Positions 45,616-59,513 of a DNA stretch of 64,000 bases are shown one piece after another; the stretch's first letter is position 1, and the number at the start of each line of letters is the position of its first letter. Below the pieces are notes generated by a model. It made no database searches, had not been told where the DNA came from, and saw nothing but the letters and a program-made list of their open reading frames with translations. Made by a program: the position numbers and the translations under genes. Origin of the DNA: Strigamia acuminata (lineage: Eukaryota); the NCBI GenBank assembly GCA_949358305.1, contig OX442314.1, positions 8,060,001-8,124,000 of the forward strand, written 5' to 3'.

Positions 45616-46670
45616 TGTGCCAAATCAAACGTTCAACGATCACCGGTCGTCTAAAAACATTGAAAATTAACTAATTACGTCACAAAATATCAAATAATGA
45701 GAGCGAAAACCGATAAATGTAGGCGACGTGAAGCGCCGTGCCACAAACACTCGTAATAAAGTAGGTGCATTCCAAAACTCCCGTTTCAGCCGTTTCAGCC
45801 GTGTCGTGTTAGCAATAATGACGTCACATCCGGAAAAATTCCGTGTCTGTGGCGCTAACACGGCTGAAACGAAAACGTGTATCAAAACACGTTTTAGCAG
45901 ACACGATTTGGGTGTTAGGGCTGCCATCGTTCGATTTTCATTTTTATGGAAATTTTTGTGGAAATATATATTTATTTATTTGTTATAAAATATTCGAAGT
46001 TTTAAAAAACTTTATTTATTTTTGTCAACACGTGTTAATTGTCAAAAAATCGACGGTGCTTGGATTTTGGCGCGATTGTTGATGTGAATTCGTCGGCTGT
46101 TAAAAACCTAGCCATTTTCCGCCCACAAATAAATAAAATTAGTCAGAATTCGAATATTTTATAAATTGATTTTGTAAACAGATAAATATTTCCAAAACTG
46201 ATGTTACTAAGGTAATACAAATTTTGCTAAAACAAGGGCAAAAAAAAATTTTGTTTTGACATTCCTAAACAGGCCTAAAACGACCATAAAACGACACGGA
46301 ACGAAAACGCTTAAAACGCCTAACACTGCGTTTTGGAATGCACCTATTGTTTTGTCAACCGTTGCGTGTATCGAAGCGGAGTATTTGCAACGGCGGAAGT
46401 TGTTTCCAACTATTACATCGTGAATTACGTAAATATTTGTTTTTAAAAAATATGAAAATAGATTTTACCTTTTTTGTGTGTTTTTGGCTCGGATACACAT
46501 TTTCCCATTTTAGAAAATTCAATTCTTGAGATTTTTTGACGACACGATGGGAAATGAAACAAAATAAAAATAAAAATCGATGAAAAAGAATGAATTTCAG
46601 CATTTTAATCAATAAACATAAAAAAAAAATAATCATTAACCAAATACAAAACAAATAAAACCACAAATGG
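45616..46670 (-). pseudogene. Degenerate partial duplicate of the 5' exons of the ankyrin/SOCS-box gene
   Basis: Matches about 49185-50045 (including introns and MGKCVSEPKTHKK) with deletions and a MITE insertion. Confidence 0.85.
45764..46344. mobile_element. 581-bp MITE (superfamily uncertain, Harbinger-like ends)
   Basis: TIR GGTGCATTCCAAAAC / GTTTTGGAATGCACC flanked by TA; absent from the parent gene at 49328. Confidence 0.8.
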
Positions 46671-46820
46671 CCATTTTGATGGTTTTACCGATCGCAGTAT
46701 GGTTGTGCATTCACGACTGAACTGGGAGATATCACAGGCACCACCACGCCACCACTCTCGTCACAACGGATTTCAGCAGAAATAATATAGAGAATAAATA
46801 TGTTCATTTTCATTTTCATT

Positions 46821-49708
46821 TTAATTTAATGTAATTTCTTGTACAAAATTAATATCGTATTTAATTTGAGCGACGATCTCGTTCTTCAGAGTGATCGGGA
46901 TCGGCAAGGCGGCCACAACGTTCGCGCTGACGTTTCGGATTCCCACCGCTTTGCGAATCGACTGGCGGCAGATGAGTTTCAGCTTCGGCGGCGTCGTGGC
47001 GAGAAGCAGCAGACTTGCCCGGATGTCGCTCATTTCGGGCAGTTGGAGGACGGAAGGAAGTTTGCCGGCCGAGTCGAATATCCGAAGGTAAGTGCAGTCG
47101 TTGAGTAACGCGTCGAGTGTTTGCGATTTCGTTGCGCAAAACTCGGAGTTCAGCATCAGATACAACGGCGTCAATTCGCGCGCGTTTTTCAATTCGGGAT
47201 CTGCGCCGTACGACATTAATTTTGATATGATGGCGCAGTTTCCGGTTTCGGCAGCTGTATGCAACGCTGAGTTGCCTTCTTCATCTTGCTGGTTAACGTC
47301 GGCTCCGTGTTGGAGGAGAACGGAAACGACTTGTAAATCGTCTTTGTGTTCTGTTAATCGTTTGCAGGCGGAATGGAGCGCCGTTAGGCCTTGAATTAAA
47401 GAAAAGAATGTTAAAAAGAATGTGAAAATTTAAAAATTTAAAGATGACTGCCGAAACTATAAAAGGTAAAACAGACAAAGTCGACCGATTGGAGATGGTT
47501 TTGGCTTAAAACTATGTTAAAACGACCTAGCGGTGATCGTTTCTGTTTGAAATATAGTTAAAACGACATTTTGAAAGTCGGTTTTGTTTGAAATTCAATT
47601 AAAACGACATTTAGGGGGTTGTTTCGGTTTGAAATATAGTTAGAACGACATTTTGGAAGTCGGTTTTGTTTGAAATTCAATTAAAACGACATTTAAGAGG
47701 TCGTTTCGGTTTAAAATATAGTTAAAACGACATTTAGGAGGTCGTTTCGGTTAGAAATATAGTCAAAACGACATTTTGGAAGTCGGTTTTGTTTGAAATT
47801 CAATTAAAACGACATTTAAGAGGTCGTTTCGGTTAGAAATATAGTCAAAACGACATTTTGGAAGTCGGTTTTGTTTGAAATTCAATTAAAACGACATTAA
47901 GGAGGTCTTTTCGGTTTGAAATATAGTTAAAACGACATTTTGGAGGTCGTTTCGGTTTGAAATATAGTTAAAACGACATTTTGGAAGTCGTTTCACTTTC
48001 AAATCAAATAAAACAAACATGAAAACGACCGTTTTGTTTAAAAGTGAGTTGCACTCTAAAACCAATTTAAAACAAGTTTAAAAACGATCATTCTTAATTG
48101 AAAATTAAATTTTCTAAAAGGACCGTTTTTGTTGAAACCAAGTTAAAACAAACCATAACAGCTCCGTTGCATTTTAAAATAATCGTTTTTGGCGTAAAAC
48201 CAAATTTTGAAAGAATCATTTGTCTAAATCTGGTTAAAACGAAACATAATAGTTCGTTTTACTTTAAAACTAACTTAAAACATGTTTAAAACGACTGTTC
48301 TGGCTTTAAAACCAATTTAAAACGACTGTTTTTGTTTAGAACCTAATTAAAACGAACTATAAAAGCTAGTTTCGTTTTGAACTAACTTAAAACTTGTTTA
48401 AAACGATCGTTTTGCTTTAAAACCAAATTAAAACAAGTTTTAAACGACCGTTTTATGTAAAACCATTTTGAACAAACCACACAAGCTCGTTTCGCTTTAA
48501 AACGTACTTAAAACTTGTTTGAAACGATCGTTTTTGCTTTAAAACCAAATTAAAACAAGTTTTAAACTACAGTTTTAGGTAAACCCAAGTTTGAACGAAC
48601 CACAAAAGCTCGTTTCGCTTTAAAATTAACTTTGGTTAAACAAACATGTTTAAAACGATCGTTTTGCTTCAAAACCAAATTAAAACAAGTTTTAAACGAA
48701 AGTTTTAGGTAAAAGGAATTTTGAACGAACCTCAAAAGCTCGTTCCGCTTTAAAACCAAGTCGATTTGCGATATAATTTTATTATTTTTCCTTAAAACGA
48801 CCTTAAAACGACCCGTTTTAGCACTTCCTTTTAATGTTAACCTTTCTTATCCACGGCGTTGACCTCCGCACCAAACCTTCAATCAAACAACACAACCAAA
48901 ATAAACCAAAACGAAACAATACTGATCCGTTCTTAATACTTGATCAACGCTTGAACACAACTGGCAATGTTATAACGAGCTGCCAGATGAAGCGCCGTCT
49001 CCTCCTCATCACCAAACCGGCCATTGACATCAGCGCCATTGATGCACAAACATTGCAAACACATCGAGCTCTTTCTCCAGTGCGCCGTCGTCAACGCAAA
49101 TTCGTTCTCAACTCTCGGCCAATAAGTCACCGTCAACATGAGCGGTGTTCGACCGAACCGGTCGACTAAATTGGGGTCCGCGCCGTGCCAAATCAAACGT
49201 TCAACGATCACCGGTCGTCTAAAAACATTCAAAATTAATAAATTACGTCAGAAAATATCAAATAATGAGAGCGAAAACCGATAAATGCAGGCGACGTGAA
49301 GCGCTGTGCCACAAAACTCGTAATAAAGTGTTTTGTCAACCGTTGCGGGTATCGAAGCGGAGTATTTTAATGGGGTGTTGATGGGAAACCCTTTTTTCAG
49401 CAAATATTCGCAATGGCGGAGGTTGTTTCGAACTATTACGTCGTGCATTACGTAACCGATGTTCTCCAAGTCGCCTGGAATGATCGTTAAGGAACTAGTA
49501 CGGCGGATGATGTCATTTGTGGATAGTCCATCGGCTCGAAGGCGGTTTGATAGTGTTGACACACAGCTGCTTCGTTTCCCTGTGCAGAATAAATGAAATA
49601 TAAATAAATATTTGTTTTTAAAAAATGTAAAAATGAATTTTTTTTATGAAAATTTGTCGATTCTTCACCTTTTTTGTGTGTTTTTGGCTCGGACACACAA
49701 TTTCCCAT
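46821..49708 (-). CDS. Ankyrin repeat and SOCS box protein (ASB-like); exons 49708-49669, 49579-49279, 49218-48940, 48876-48842, 47389-46821
   Basis: GT-AG junctions keep the frame; ankyrin motifs GTALHVAC, GRTPLM, ETALHLAA, GLTALHSAC, GNSALHTAA; C-terminal PPKLKLICRQSIR...LPIPITLK SOCS box. Confidence 0.9.
47515..48820. repeat. Intronic tandem repeats (about 39-bp AAAACGACATTT units, then the AT-rich array family)
   Basis: Visible periodic units within the last ASB intron. Confidence 0.8.
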
Positions 49709-50385
49709 TTTAGAAAATTCAATTCTTGAGATTTTTTGGTGACACGATGAAAAATGAAACAAAAACAAAACAAAAATCGATGAAAAAGAATGAATTTCTC
49801 AAATGTTCATGCTTTTATTTCCATCCTCCACTGACTTGTTGACAAACTCGACCCTGGTGACGAAATCGGTCACTATGGCAACAAATTACTGTATAATTTA
49901 TAAACAAAAATAAATTTTAAAAAAATATATCAATTTTTATTCAAAAACAACACAAAAAAAGAACATTTATTAGAATTTTAACCAATAAACCTTAAAAAAA
50001 ATAATCATTAAAATAAATATAAAATAAATAAAACAACAAATGGCAGCCAACGAAGTGTACATAACAATTCGCCACGTAATCCCAACACTTAAATACCCAT
50101 CCGCACGAAAAATTCCATTTATTTAAAAATTAACCAATCCAAACCCCCCAAAAAAACAAAAATAAATAAAAACACATTCAACACACAAAACCAAACCAAA
50201 AAAACACAAAACCAAAACCCAAAACAACTTATTTCCACCGCACTACATCCCCAGCGCACGGATACTTGACCCGGAACCGCGCAAAAAAGCCAAACTTCCG
50301 CGTACGAACACTCTAGATAAACTCTGATGGCTGCTGCGTTGTCATAGGAGATGAGTGAGGCACTTTTGTTGACTGCGGTTTTACC

Positions 50386-53300
50386 ATGGCGACTAGTGGG
50401 CATTTTTACGGTTTAACCTCTCTGATCTTTATACTGCTTTTCGACATTAGAAGATGTACATTTACCTCGCATTTCTACAAAGATGACACGTGTTTCTGCC
50501 AGGTATAAATCGCCGCCCGCTTAGCGCCTGCTCGGTGCCGGTGTTGACGTTTCGTTTGTTTGTTTGTTTGCAGTTGCAGGGACAGATCGACGATTGTACG
50601 TGCAACGTGGACACGGTCGATCATTATAATAATAATAAAGTTTATCCAAGATTATCGAGTCTACTTGTAAATGATTTTTTTAGGTATTTTAGGGTAAGTT
50701 TGGCGATGTTTTTCGTGGTTTTTGACGTTTTTTTGACGTTTTTTGACGTTTTTTGATGTTTTTTCAGGTAAATTTAATGAGGCCTTGTCCGTTTTGGCCG
50801 GATGATAGTAAATGTGCATCCGAGGATTGTTCGGTTAAACCGTGCGAAGAGGTTTGGAGGTTTTTTTGTGGATTTTTTGGATTTTTTTTTTTAATGGTTT
50901 TTTGTTTGTTTTAGGAAATGGTTCCGCCGGGTTTGAAGCCGAAAAATCAACATAGAGTGAATTTTTTTGATGTTTTTGATGTTTTTTTGTGGGAAATGTT
51001 GATGTTTTGTGGTTTTTTTTGGGTTTTTCGTGGATTTATTCGAAGAAAATAGTGGCTTTTGCAGTTTTTTTTATCGTATTTTTTTTTTAGTGAGAAAATT
51101 TAATTATTGATTTTAAAAAAATCAATTTGAATTAATTTATTCATGAATTTTGTTTTTTTTAGTTCTTAATGGTTTTTTTTTTCTTTTAAAATTAAAAATA
51201 TTAAATTTTCTCGTTTTCTTTATGAAAAATAAGATAAATTAGTGTAAAAATTACTTTAATTAATTACATTAATTTTATGTTATTTAATGAGTTTTGCTTA
51301 AAAAAAAATTGATTTATAATAGAAAATAAGACAATTTGGTGTAAAATCAATTCAAATCTATTTTTTCTTGAAAAATTCTATTAATTACTTTTTAAAATTT
51401 TTTTTTAAGTTTAAAAATTGATTTCAGATCAATGATGCAAATGGTGATACGTGTTCGGAGGACACATTAGGATATTTGAATACATCCATAAGGTGATTAA
51501 ATGATTTAAAACGGTTAAAATTGTTTTTTTTTTTTATAATTTTTATATTTTTTAGCGATGGGTACATTGAGGAGTTTGAAAAATGGCGGATTCACGACGA
51601 TAAACAAGATAATTTTTGTGAATTTGATGGTAATTTGGTTGAAATTTGTGTGGGAAAAGTGTGGGAAAAGTGTGGTTGACAGATGGTTGTTTTGTTAATG
51701 CAGATGAAGCGTCGGCTGGAATGCAATACGTCGATCTGCTCCTCAATCCCGAGAGTTACACGGGTTACAAAGGACCGTCTGCTCATCGTATTTGGAGGAC
51801 TATTTATGAAGAAAACTGTTTTAAGTAAAAGGAAAAAAAATAAGTGGTTTTTTTCGAAAGAAATTGTTTTAAAAAAATTAGAAAAAATACAAAAATCTTG
51901 AATATTCATCGAGAAAATACAAAAACGTTAAATATTAAAAATACAGAAAAATGTTGAATTTTTTCGAAAAATGCAGAAAAATCGTAATTATTATCGAAAA
52001 AATACAGAAAAATCGTAATTATTTTCGAAAAATTACAGCAAAATCGTAATTATTTTCGAAAAAATACAGAAAAATTGTAATTATTTTCGAAAAAATACAG
52101 GAAAATCGTAATTATTTTCGAAAAATTACAGCAAAATCGTAATTATTTTCGAAAAAATGCAGAATAATCGTAATTATTTTCGAAAATATGCAGAAAAATC
52201 GTAATTATTTTCGAAAAAATGCAGAATAATCGTAATTATTTTCGAAAATATGCAGAAAAATCGTAATTATTTTCGAAAAAATGCAGAAAAATCGTAATTA
52301 TTTTCGAAAAAATGCAGAAAAATCGTAATTATTTTCGAAAATATGCAGAAAAATCGTAATTATTTTCGAAAAAATGCAGAAAAATCGTAATTATTTTCGA
52401 AAATATGCAGAAAAATCGTAATTATTTTCGAAAAAATGCAGAAAAATCGTAATTATTTTCGAAAAAATGCAGAAAAATCGTAATTATTTTCGAAAATATG
52501 CAGAAAAATCGTAATTATTTTCGAAAAAATGCAGAAAAATCGTAATTATTTTCGAAAATATGCAGAAAAATCGTAATTATTTTCGAAAAATTGCAGAAAA
52601 ATCGTAATTATTTTCGAAAATATGCAGAAAAATCGTAATTATTTTCGAAAAAATGCAGAAAAATCGTAATTATTTTCGAAAAAATGCAGAAAAATCGTAA
52701 TTATTTTCGAAAAAATGCAGAAAAATCGTAATTATTTTCGAAAAATTACAGCAAAATCGTAATTATTTTCGAAAAAATGCAGAATAATCGTAATTATTTT
52801 CGAAAATATGCAGAAAAATCGTAATTATTTTCGAAAAAATGCAGAAAAATCGTAATTATTTTCGAAAATATGCAGAAAAATCGTAATTATTTTCGAAAAA
52901 ATGCAGAAAAATCGTAATTATTTTCGAAAAAATGCAAAAAAATCGTAATTATTTTCGAAAAAATGCAGAAAAATCGTAATTATTTTCGAAAAAATTAAAA
53001 AAATTATTATTTTTCCTTTGCCAAAAGCACAAAAATAAATATTTTTTTTAAAAAAAATACGAAAATCAGACATTTTTTCGAAAAAATACAAAAATCAGAA
53101 AATTTGTCGAAAAAATACAAAATTCTCAAACGTTTTCTGAAAAAAATCTATAATTTCAAATTATTTTTCGAAAATAAAATACAAAAACAGAGTAAATTTA
53201 AGATTAATTGATGTTTTTCCACATTTCTTTAAGTTACGGGAAACTGGCCGGCTTTTCTGACTCGATCGGAGTTCCAGGTATATTAACTGGGTATTATGTT

Positions 53301-55803
53301 TTGAGTTGATCAATTCGTTTTGTTTAAACTAATTGCACTGATACATACTTAGTTGCACTGTTTTTTAATCAGAAATGCAGCTAGGAAATAATTTAGAAGG
53401 TAAATCAATCCTACGATACCTTTCTTGCTTCCATTTATTTCACATCTACCTTTCTACTCAAAATTCTGTCATACATAAATACCCAACTCGCAACTTGTCG
53501 ATAAAATACGAATATATTTTCTCTTCTTTTTATTTCTTTTTCATCCCTAGGACTGTGTTTGGAAAAACGTGTCTTTTTTAGAGCCATATCGGGAATACAC
53601 GCGAGTATTAACATTCATCTCTCCGCAAATTACTTCACGAGAGGTAAGAAAATACTAAAAAAAAAATAAAATCGATTTTTTTTTTTTCGATTTTTTTTTT
53701 GTAATCATTTTATTTTGTTACAAATTTTTCGCGTATTTTTTGTAATTATTTAATTTTGTTACGAATTTTTTATTTGTTTACTTTATTTTTTGATTTTTTC
53801 GATTTTTTTTTCAATTTTTTTGAGTTTTTTTGATTTTTTTGCGATTATATGCTGATTTTTTCGATTTTTCGCGTTTTTTCGATATTTTTTCGCGTTTTTT
53901 CGATATTTTTTCGCGTTTTTTCGCGTTTTTTCGATTTTTTTCCGATTTATTTTGGTTTTTTTTTATTTTTTTGCGATTTTATGCTAATTTCTTCGATTTT
54001 TCGCGTTTTATCGATATTTTTTCGCGTTTTTTCGATTTTTTTCCGATTTATGTTGGTTTTTTTTTATTTTTTTGCGATTTTTTGCTAATTTCTTCGATTT
54101 TTCGCGTTTTATCGATATTTTTTCATGTTTTTTCGATATTTTTTTGCGTTTTTTCGATATTTTTTTGCGTTTTTCGATTTTTTTTCGATTTTATTCGGTT
54201 TTTGTGAAATTTAATTTTTAGATGCTTTCGGTTCGGGCACGTGGGGGCCGAATATAAATGAATTTACGCGCCGATTTTCGCCGGAAACGACGAAAGGCGA
54301 AGGTCCCAACTGGTTGAAGAATTTATATTTCGTTTATCTGTTGGAACTTCGCGCGCTGGCGAAAGCGACGCCGTATCTGAAGAAGGAAATGTTTTTCACG
54401 GGCTTCGACGACAGCGATCGTGAGGTCCGGCAAGCGATGAAGGACATTTTGGAGATGGCCAAAGCGTTTCCGAATCATTTTAACGAGAGCACGATGTTTG
54501 CCGGGAAGAAGCGCGAGGCTAAGAAGCTAAAGGTGCGATCGTTTGTTGATGGCTTATTTGTTTAATTGAAATAAGAATTTGTTTTTATTTTTATTTGTAG
54601 GAGGAATTTAAACTTCATTTTAGAAACATATCGAGGATAATGGATTGTGTAGGCTGTGATAAGTGTAAATTATGGGGAAAATTGCAGGTATATAAATAAA
54701 ATTTTACACGAATTTTACATTTTGTGATAAAATTTTACACGAATTTTACATTTTGTGATAAAATTTTACACGAATTTTACATTTTGTGATAAAATTTTAC
54801 ACGAATTTTACATTTTGTGATAAAATTTTACACGAATTTTACATTTTGTGATAAAATTTTACACGAATTTTACATTTTGTGATAAAATTTTACACGAATT
54901 TTACATTTTGTGATAAAATTTTACACGAATTTTACATTTTGTGATAAAATTTTACACGAATTTTACATTTTGTGATAAAATTTTACACGAATTTTACATT
55001 TTGTGATAAAATTTTACATTTTTTAATGAGCTTTTACAATTTTAATAAAACTTAACATTTTTTATAAAATTTTACATTTTTAATTTTACATTTTTAAATG
55101 AAATTTTATATTTTTTGATGAAATTTTACATTTTTAATAAAATTTTACATTTGTAAATGAAATTTTACATTTTTAAATGAAATTTTACATTTTTAAATGA
55201 AATTTTACATTTTTAAATGAAATTTTACATTTTTAAATGAAATTTTACATTTTTAAATGAAATTTTACATTTTTAAATGAAATTTTACATTTTTAAATGA
55301 AATTTTATCTTTTTTAGTGAAATTTTATATTTTTTAATAAAATTTTATCTTTTTTAATGAAATTTTATATTTTTTTAATGAAATTTTATATTTTTTAATG
55401 AATTTTTATCTTTTTTAATGAAATTTTATCTTTTTTAATGAAATTTTATTTTTTTTAATAAAATTTAATATTTTTTAATGAAATTTTACATGAATTTTAC
55501 ATTTTATATTGAAACTTTACACGAATTTTCATTTTCCGCACAATTTTACAGGTGCAAGGTCTGGGTACGGCTTTCAAAATTCTTTTCTCGGGCGACAACC
55601 GAGGACTCAGTTTAAACCAAATGAAAAAAGACAAATTCCAGCTACAAAGGACAGAAATCGTAGCCCTCATCAACGGTCTAGGAAGGTAAACCAATCAAAA
55701 CCCAACCAAAAATCATCATCAATCCATTCCTCCCATCTTTCATTCCAGGCTAAGCAGTTCCATACAGATCCTGGAAAAATTCAGAAACCTGGTACATAAA
55801 TAA
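50386..55803 (+). CDS. ERO1: ER oxidoreductin 1, multi-exon
   Basis: Signal peptide; [109 protein letters not shown]; ends FRNLVHK*. Confidence 0.96.
51960..52995. repeat. 31-bp intronic minisatellite (about 33 copies)
   Basis: AAAATCGTAATTATTTTCGAAAAAATGCAGA units. Confidence 0.95.
54697..55500. repeat. Intronic minisatellite: 31-bp units grading into 20-bp units
   Basis: ATAAAATTTTACACGAATTTTACATTTTGTG about 10 times, then AATTTTACATTTTTAAATGA units. Confidence 0.92.
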
Positions 55804-56565
55804 ACAAACAAAATTCAATAGTAGAAAATAATAATTAATTTATTAATAACACTATAATTTATACATTATCCAAAAAAACCAAACGAAAACCATTTCTTAA
55901 TACAATCACAATTCCACAGTACAATATTAAATGTTTAAACTAAACAAGAACGAAGAGAAAACAAGAATTTATTCCAAGTGCCTTTCAATATCAACCAATG
56001 TTTCAATGTTTTTTCCTCCATTTTTAATTCAATAATAGCAACAAACGTGTTAATTTTAAGCAAGAAATAATAAATTGTTTCATTTTACGATTAATTTGAA
56101 TGGTTTCGTCATTGCAGCTGGCCCTGTCAAATGCTTGTAAATACTGTACAAGTTGTACGATTTCATTAACGTTGATACAGTTCTTGCTCGTTGTACGATT
56201 TTATCGCGGGCCTTTTGTGTAATGTGTTTGTAAATATGTTTTTACGGTAATGATTAAATATGAATTTTAAATCGTGTTGTTTAAATAAATAAGCCTCGTG
56301 ACTTCCGGAATTTGTTTATCGATGACGTTTGCCTGGAAAGATTTATGTAACGTTGATTTTATCGTTTGAAAATGGGTGCTGGGGATTTAGATTTTTTTTT
56401 ATTTATACAAATAAATCTAATTCGACGTTTTGAACCAAAATGTTTAATGTAAATAACGATAGGTTCGTGAGTTTAATTTATTATTAGGCGGATGAGTAGA
56501 AACACCAACATAATTGTACGGAGTTTCGAGAGTGGCTCGTTTTTGTAAATTTTGTTTAGGTTGTC

Positions 56566-56686
56566 AATCTCTGGCTTCTCGTCAATTTAGGAGCAAATCT
56601 TTCGCCTTTTACTAAAGATTTCCGTGGCGAGGAGCATTCAATGAGTCTATAGACTAATTTTTGAAATCCTGTCTTCGGGCGGGATA
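56566..56686 (+). ncRNA. U5: U5 spliceosomal snRNA, copy 1
   Basis: AAATCTTTCGCCTTTTACTAAAGATTTCCGTGG containing the invariant loop 1 GCCUUUUAC; Sm site AATTTTTG; 3' UUCG hairpin. Confidence 0.95.
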
Positions 56687-57112
56687 ATAAACAAACAAAA
56701 AATAGAATAAAACTTTTCTGGTTCGCTACGTACAAGATGGCGGTGTCCGGTGTTATTTTAGGACAATAACACAAACGAACAGTAAAGCGCTGAAATTATT
56801 ATTTGTAATAATTTATAAAAAGTTTGTTTGAATCGCCAAATGCTCCACGAAATTTTCTTTCTTCTTCTTTTACGTCTTCTGCGCGTCATTCTCTATTACT
56901 AGTACAGTATTGAATTCACAACTTAACTGGAAAACCAAATAATTACTAAAAATAATTTCTGTTCAAATTTAGCGCCAAAGTATGACCTTTCAATTTTGTT
57001 CACGAACCTAATTTGCTATTCAGGGTCGAAACTATTTCTCTAACTACCAATGTAGTCCAAAAATGCTATTTTATTAACAATAAAAGGAATCCTTAGCGTT
57101 GATTCTTCAGTA

Positions 57113-57185
57113 GCCCCTGTGGCCTAATGGATAAGGTGTCGGTCTCCTAAACCGAAGATTGCGAGTTCGAGTCTCGCCAGGGGTA
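57113..57185 (+). tRNA. tRNA-Arg(CCT)
   Basis: GCCCCTG/CAGGGGT acceptor stem; anticodon loop CT-CCT-AA; GTTCGAG T-loop; downstream T-run. Confidence 0.93.
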
Positions 57186-57407
57186 AGTTTTTTTTCGTTG
57201 TAATTTTTGAGCACATTTTACCACTAAATCGTTTATCCGTTTTTATTTTACCGTAATTTAATTTCCTGTTTCTAAAAATTTTCTTTTTTCAAAACTTTTT
57301 ATCAGTTTTTACTATGGTAGTCTTTACACGGGAGCTCCGAGTTGTTTGCACGCCGACTGGTGGCAAAATTAAACAATTAGAAAAAAATTAAAAAATAAAA
57401 ATGAAAT

Positions 57408-57479
57408 TAGCAGAGGATGGTTTCGATCCATCGGCCTCTGGGTTATGGGCCCAGCACGCTTCCACTGCGCCACTCTGCT
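57408..57479 (-). tRNA. Initiator tRNA-Met(CAT)
   Basis: A1:U72 pair, GGG/CCC anticodon stem, GATCGAAA T-loop; reverse complement of 59514-59585. Confidence 0.96.
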
Positions 57480-57603
57480 TCATGTATTTTCCTCGTATTG
57501 TTTTCGTCAAATGTCAATACGCACACCGCCATTTTAATTTTCATATCTTCAGCTATGAACATAGAGGAACGAAGAGATTTTATTCTATTTTTAGTTTGTT
57601 TAT

Positions 57604-57724
57604 TGTCCTATCCGAAGATGGGACTGCAAAAATTAGTCTACAGACTCATTGAATGCTCCTCGCCACGGAAATCTTTAGTAAAAGGCGAAAGATTTGCTCC
57701 TAAATTGACGAGAAGCCAGAGATT
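57604..57724 (-). ncRNA. U5: U5 snRNA, copy 2 (variant 3' stem)
   Basis: Same 5' domain and Sm site as copy 1; 3' stem GTCCCATC-TTCG-GATAGGAC. Confidence 0.95.
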
Positions 57725-59270
57725 GACGAAACAACAAAACTTTTAAAAAACGAGCCGTTTCAGAAACTGCGTACAATTATGCCGGTTTTTCGACTTATCC
57801 GCTCGATATTAAATACAATTTATGAAGCTATTTTTGATTTAATCAAATATTTCAGGTTAAAATGTGTAAATAGATTTATTTATTTGAATAAAAATGAAAA
57901 CAACCCATTTTAAGACTAAAATATTAAATATTTTATTTAATTTTCCAGGCAAACGTCAACGATAAACAAATACAAGAAGTCACATTGTTAGTTTTATTTG
58001 AATTAATTAGTCAAGAATGACTGGTGCATAAAATAGGAAGTTACTAAGAAGATGCGAGTGTCTTTCCCTGTTTTTGCACGTGTCATATCGTTGATGCAAT
58101 TTCTTATCTGCAATTAAAAGTTTGGGTTTTTAATTTCAATTGTTGATTTTAATAAACAGTTATACGTATCTGATAGATAATCCTTCCGAGATTCACGTTG
58201 TCGTTGGTTATTCTCTTGCTTAGAAGATTTTCCAGTTGAGTTGTGACATGAGATTGACGCGCGATTCATTATCTAGTTCATTTGTGAACCTGTGCGAGCT
58301 CTTGCAGGACGTCGTTAGATTGATTCTGGTCTGCAAATAAATGTGTAATTGGTAGAGAAGGTGCATACAAGTTAGTTGCGTTGTACATTCACCGTGGATG
58401 AGCCGTCGCGATCGTCGAAGATAGTTTAAACAAGTCGGCGATGACGGTCTGCATAATAGTTGGTTTTCGGGACGCCATTTTGAGACTTGTGCGGTGCAGA
58501 TAAGAAATTTTAGCGTTTTAGTTCACGATATAAATATAAAATTTTATATTTATTTATGGTTCTGTAATTTAAGAGGTGTATTTCCATGTATAGAAGTTCT
58601 ATTTCGTTAAATATTTATCGAATATTCCGAAGTGAATTGGATGCTTGGCGCGGATTGGTTCGTTGATGAAAAGGCCTATTTCGATGGACTTTTCGTTGCC
58701 GTTTGATGTTTTAAGATTAAGTTACGATATGTTTGACTCTGTTATCTATGTCTAATGTTTATTGCATCCAATCTGCCGTGTTTAATTTATTGTAAACGTG
58801 TGCATTTGTATTCCTATTAAGTTCTGTTCGAGTACCGAGTGGGAGAGTACGGTGGCTCATTTGTTACAGTCATGATAAAAATGTACGAAAGCTGGTTGAT
58901 TTGGGATTTATTGGGTGAAATAAAGGGCTGCAAAAACAGGGAAAGACTTCCTATTTAAAACAATAGTCATTCTTGACTAATTAATTCAAATAAAACTAAC
59001 AATGTGACTTTGTGTATTTGTTAATTTGTTTATCGTTTACGTTTGCCTGGAAAAATAAATAAAATATTTAATATTTTAGTCTTAAAATGGGTTGTTTTCA
59101 TTTTTATTCAAATAAATAAATCTATTTACACATTTTAACCTGAAATATTTAATTAAATCAAGACTAGCTTCATAAATTGAATTTAATATCGACCGGATAA
59201 GTCGAAAGACCAGCATAATCGTACGCAGTTTCTGACACGACTCGTTTTTTAAAAGTTTTGTTGTTTCGTC

Positions 59271-59391
59271 AATCTCTGGCTTCTCGTCAATTTAGGAGCA
59301 AATCTTTCGCCTTTTACTAAAGATTTCCGTGGCGAGGAGCATTCAATGAGTCTATAGACTAATTTTTTAAATCCTGTCTTCGGGCGGGATA
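59271..59391 (+). ncRNA. U5: U5 snRNA, copy 3 (altered Sm site)
   Basis: Same as copy 1 except that the Sm site reads AATTTTTTAA. Confidence 0.9.
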
Positions 59392-59513
59392 ATAAACAAA
59401 CTAAAAATAGAATAAAATCTCTTCGATCCTCTAAGTTCATAGCTGAAAATGTAAAAATTTAAATGGCGGTGTGCGTATTGAAATTTGAGGAAAACAACAG
59501 AAAAAACACATGA

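Noticed and set aside
53830..54207. Phe-rich ORFs
   Set aside because: T-rich low-complexity ERO1 intron.
58080..58500. Possible small spliced gene on the minus strand between the inverted arms (MASRKPT...)
   Set aside because: The plausible splice leads to an early stop; no supportable product.
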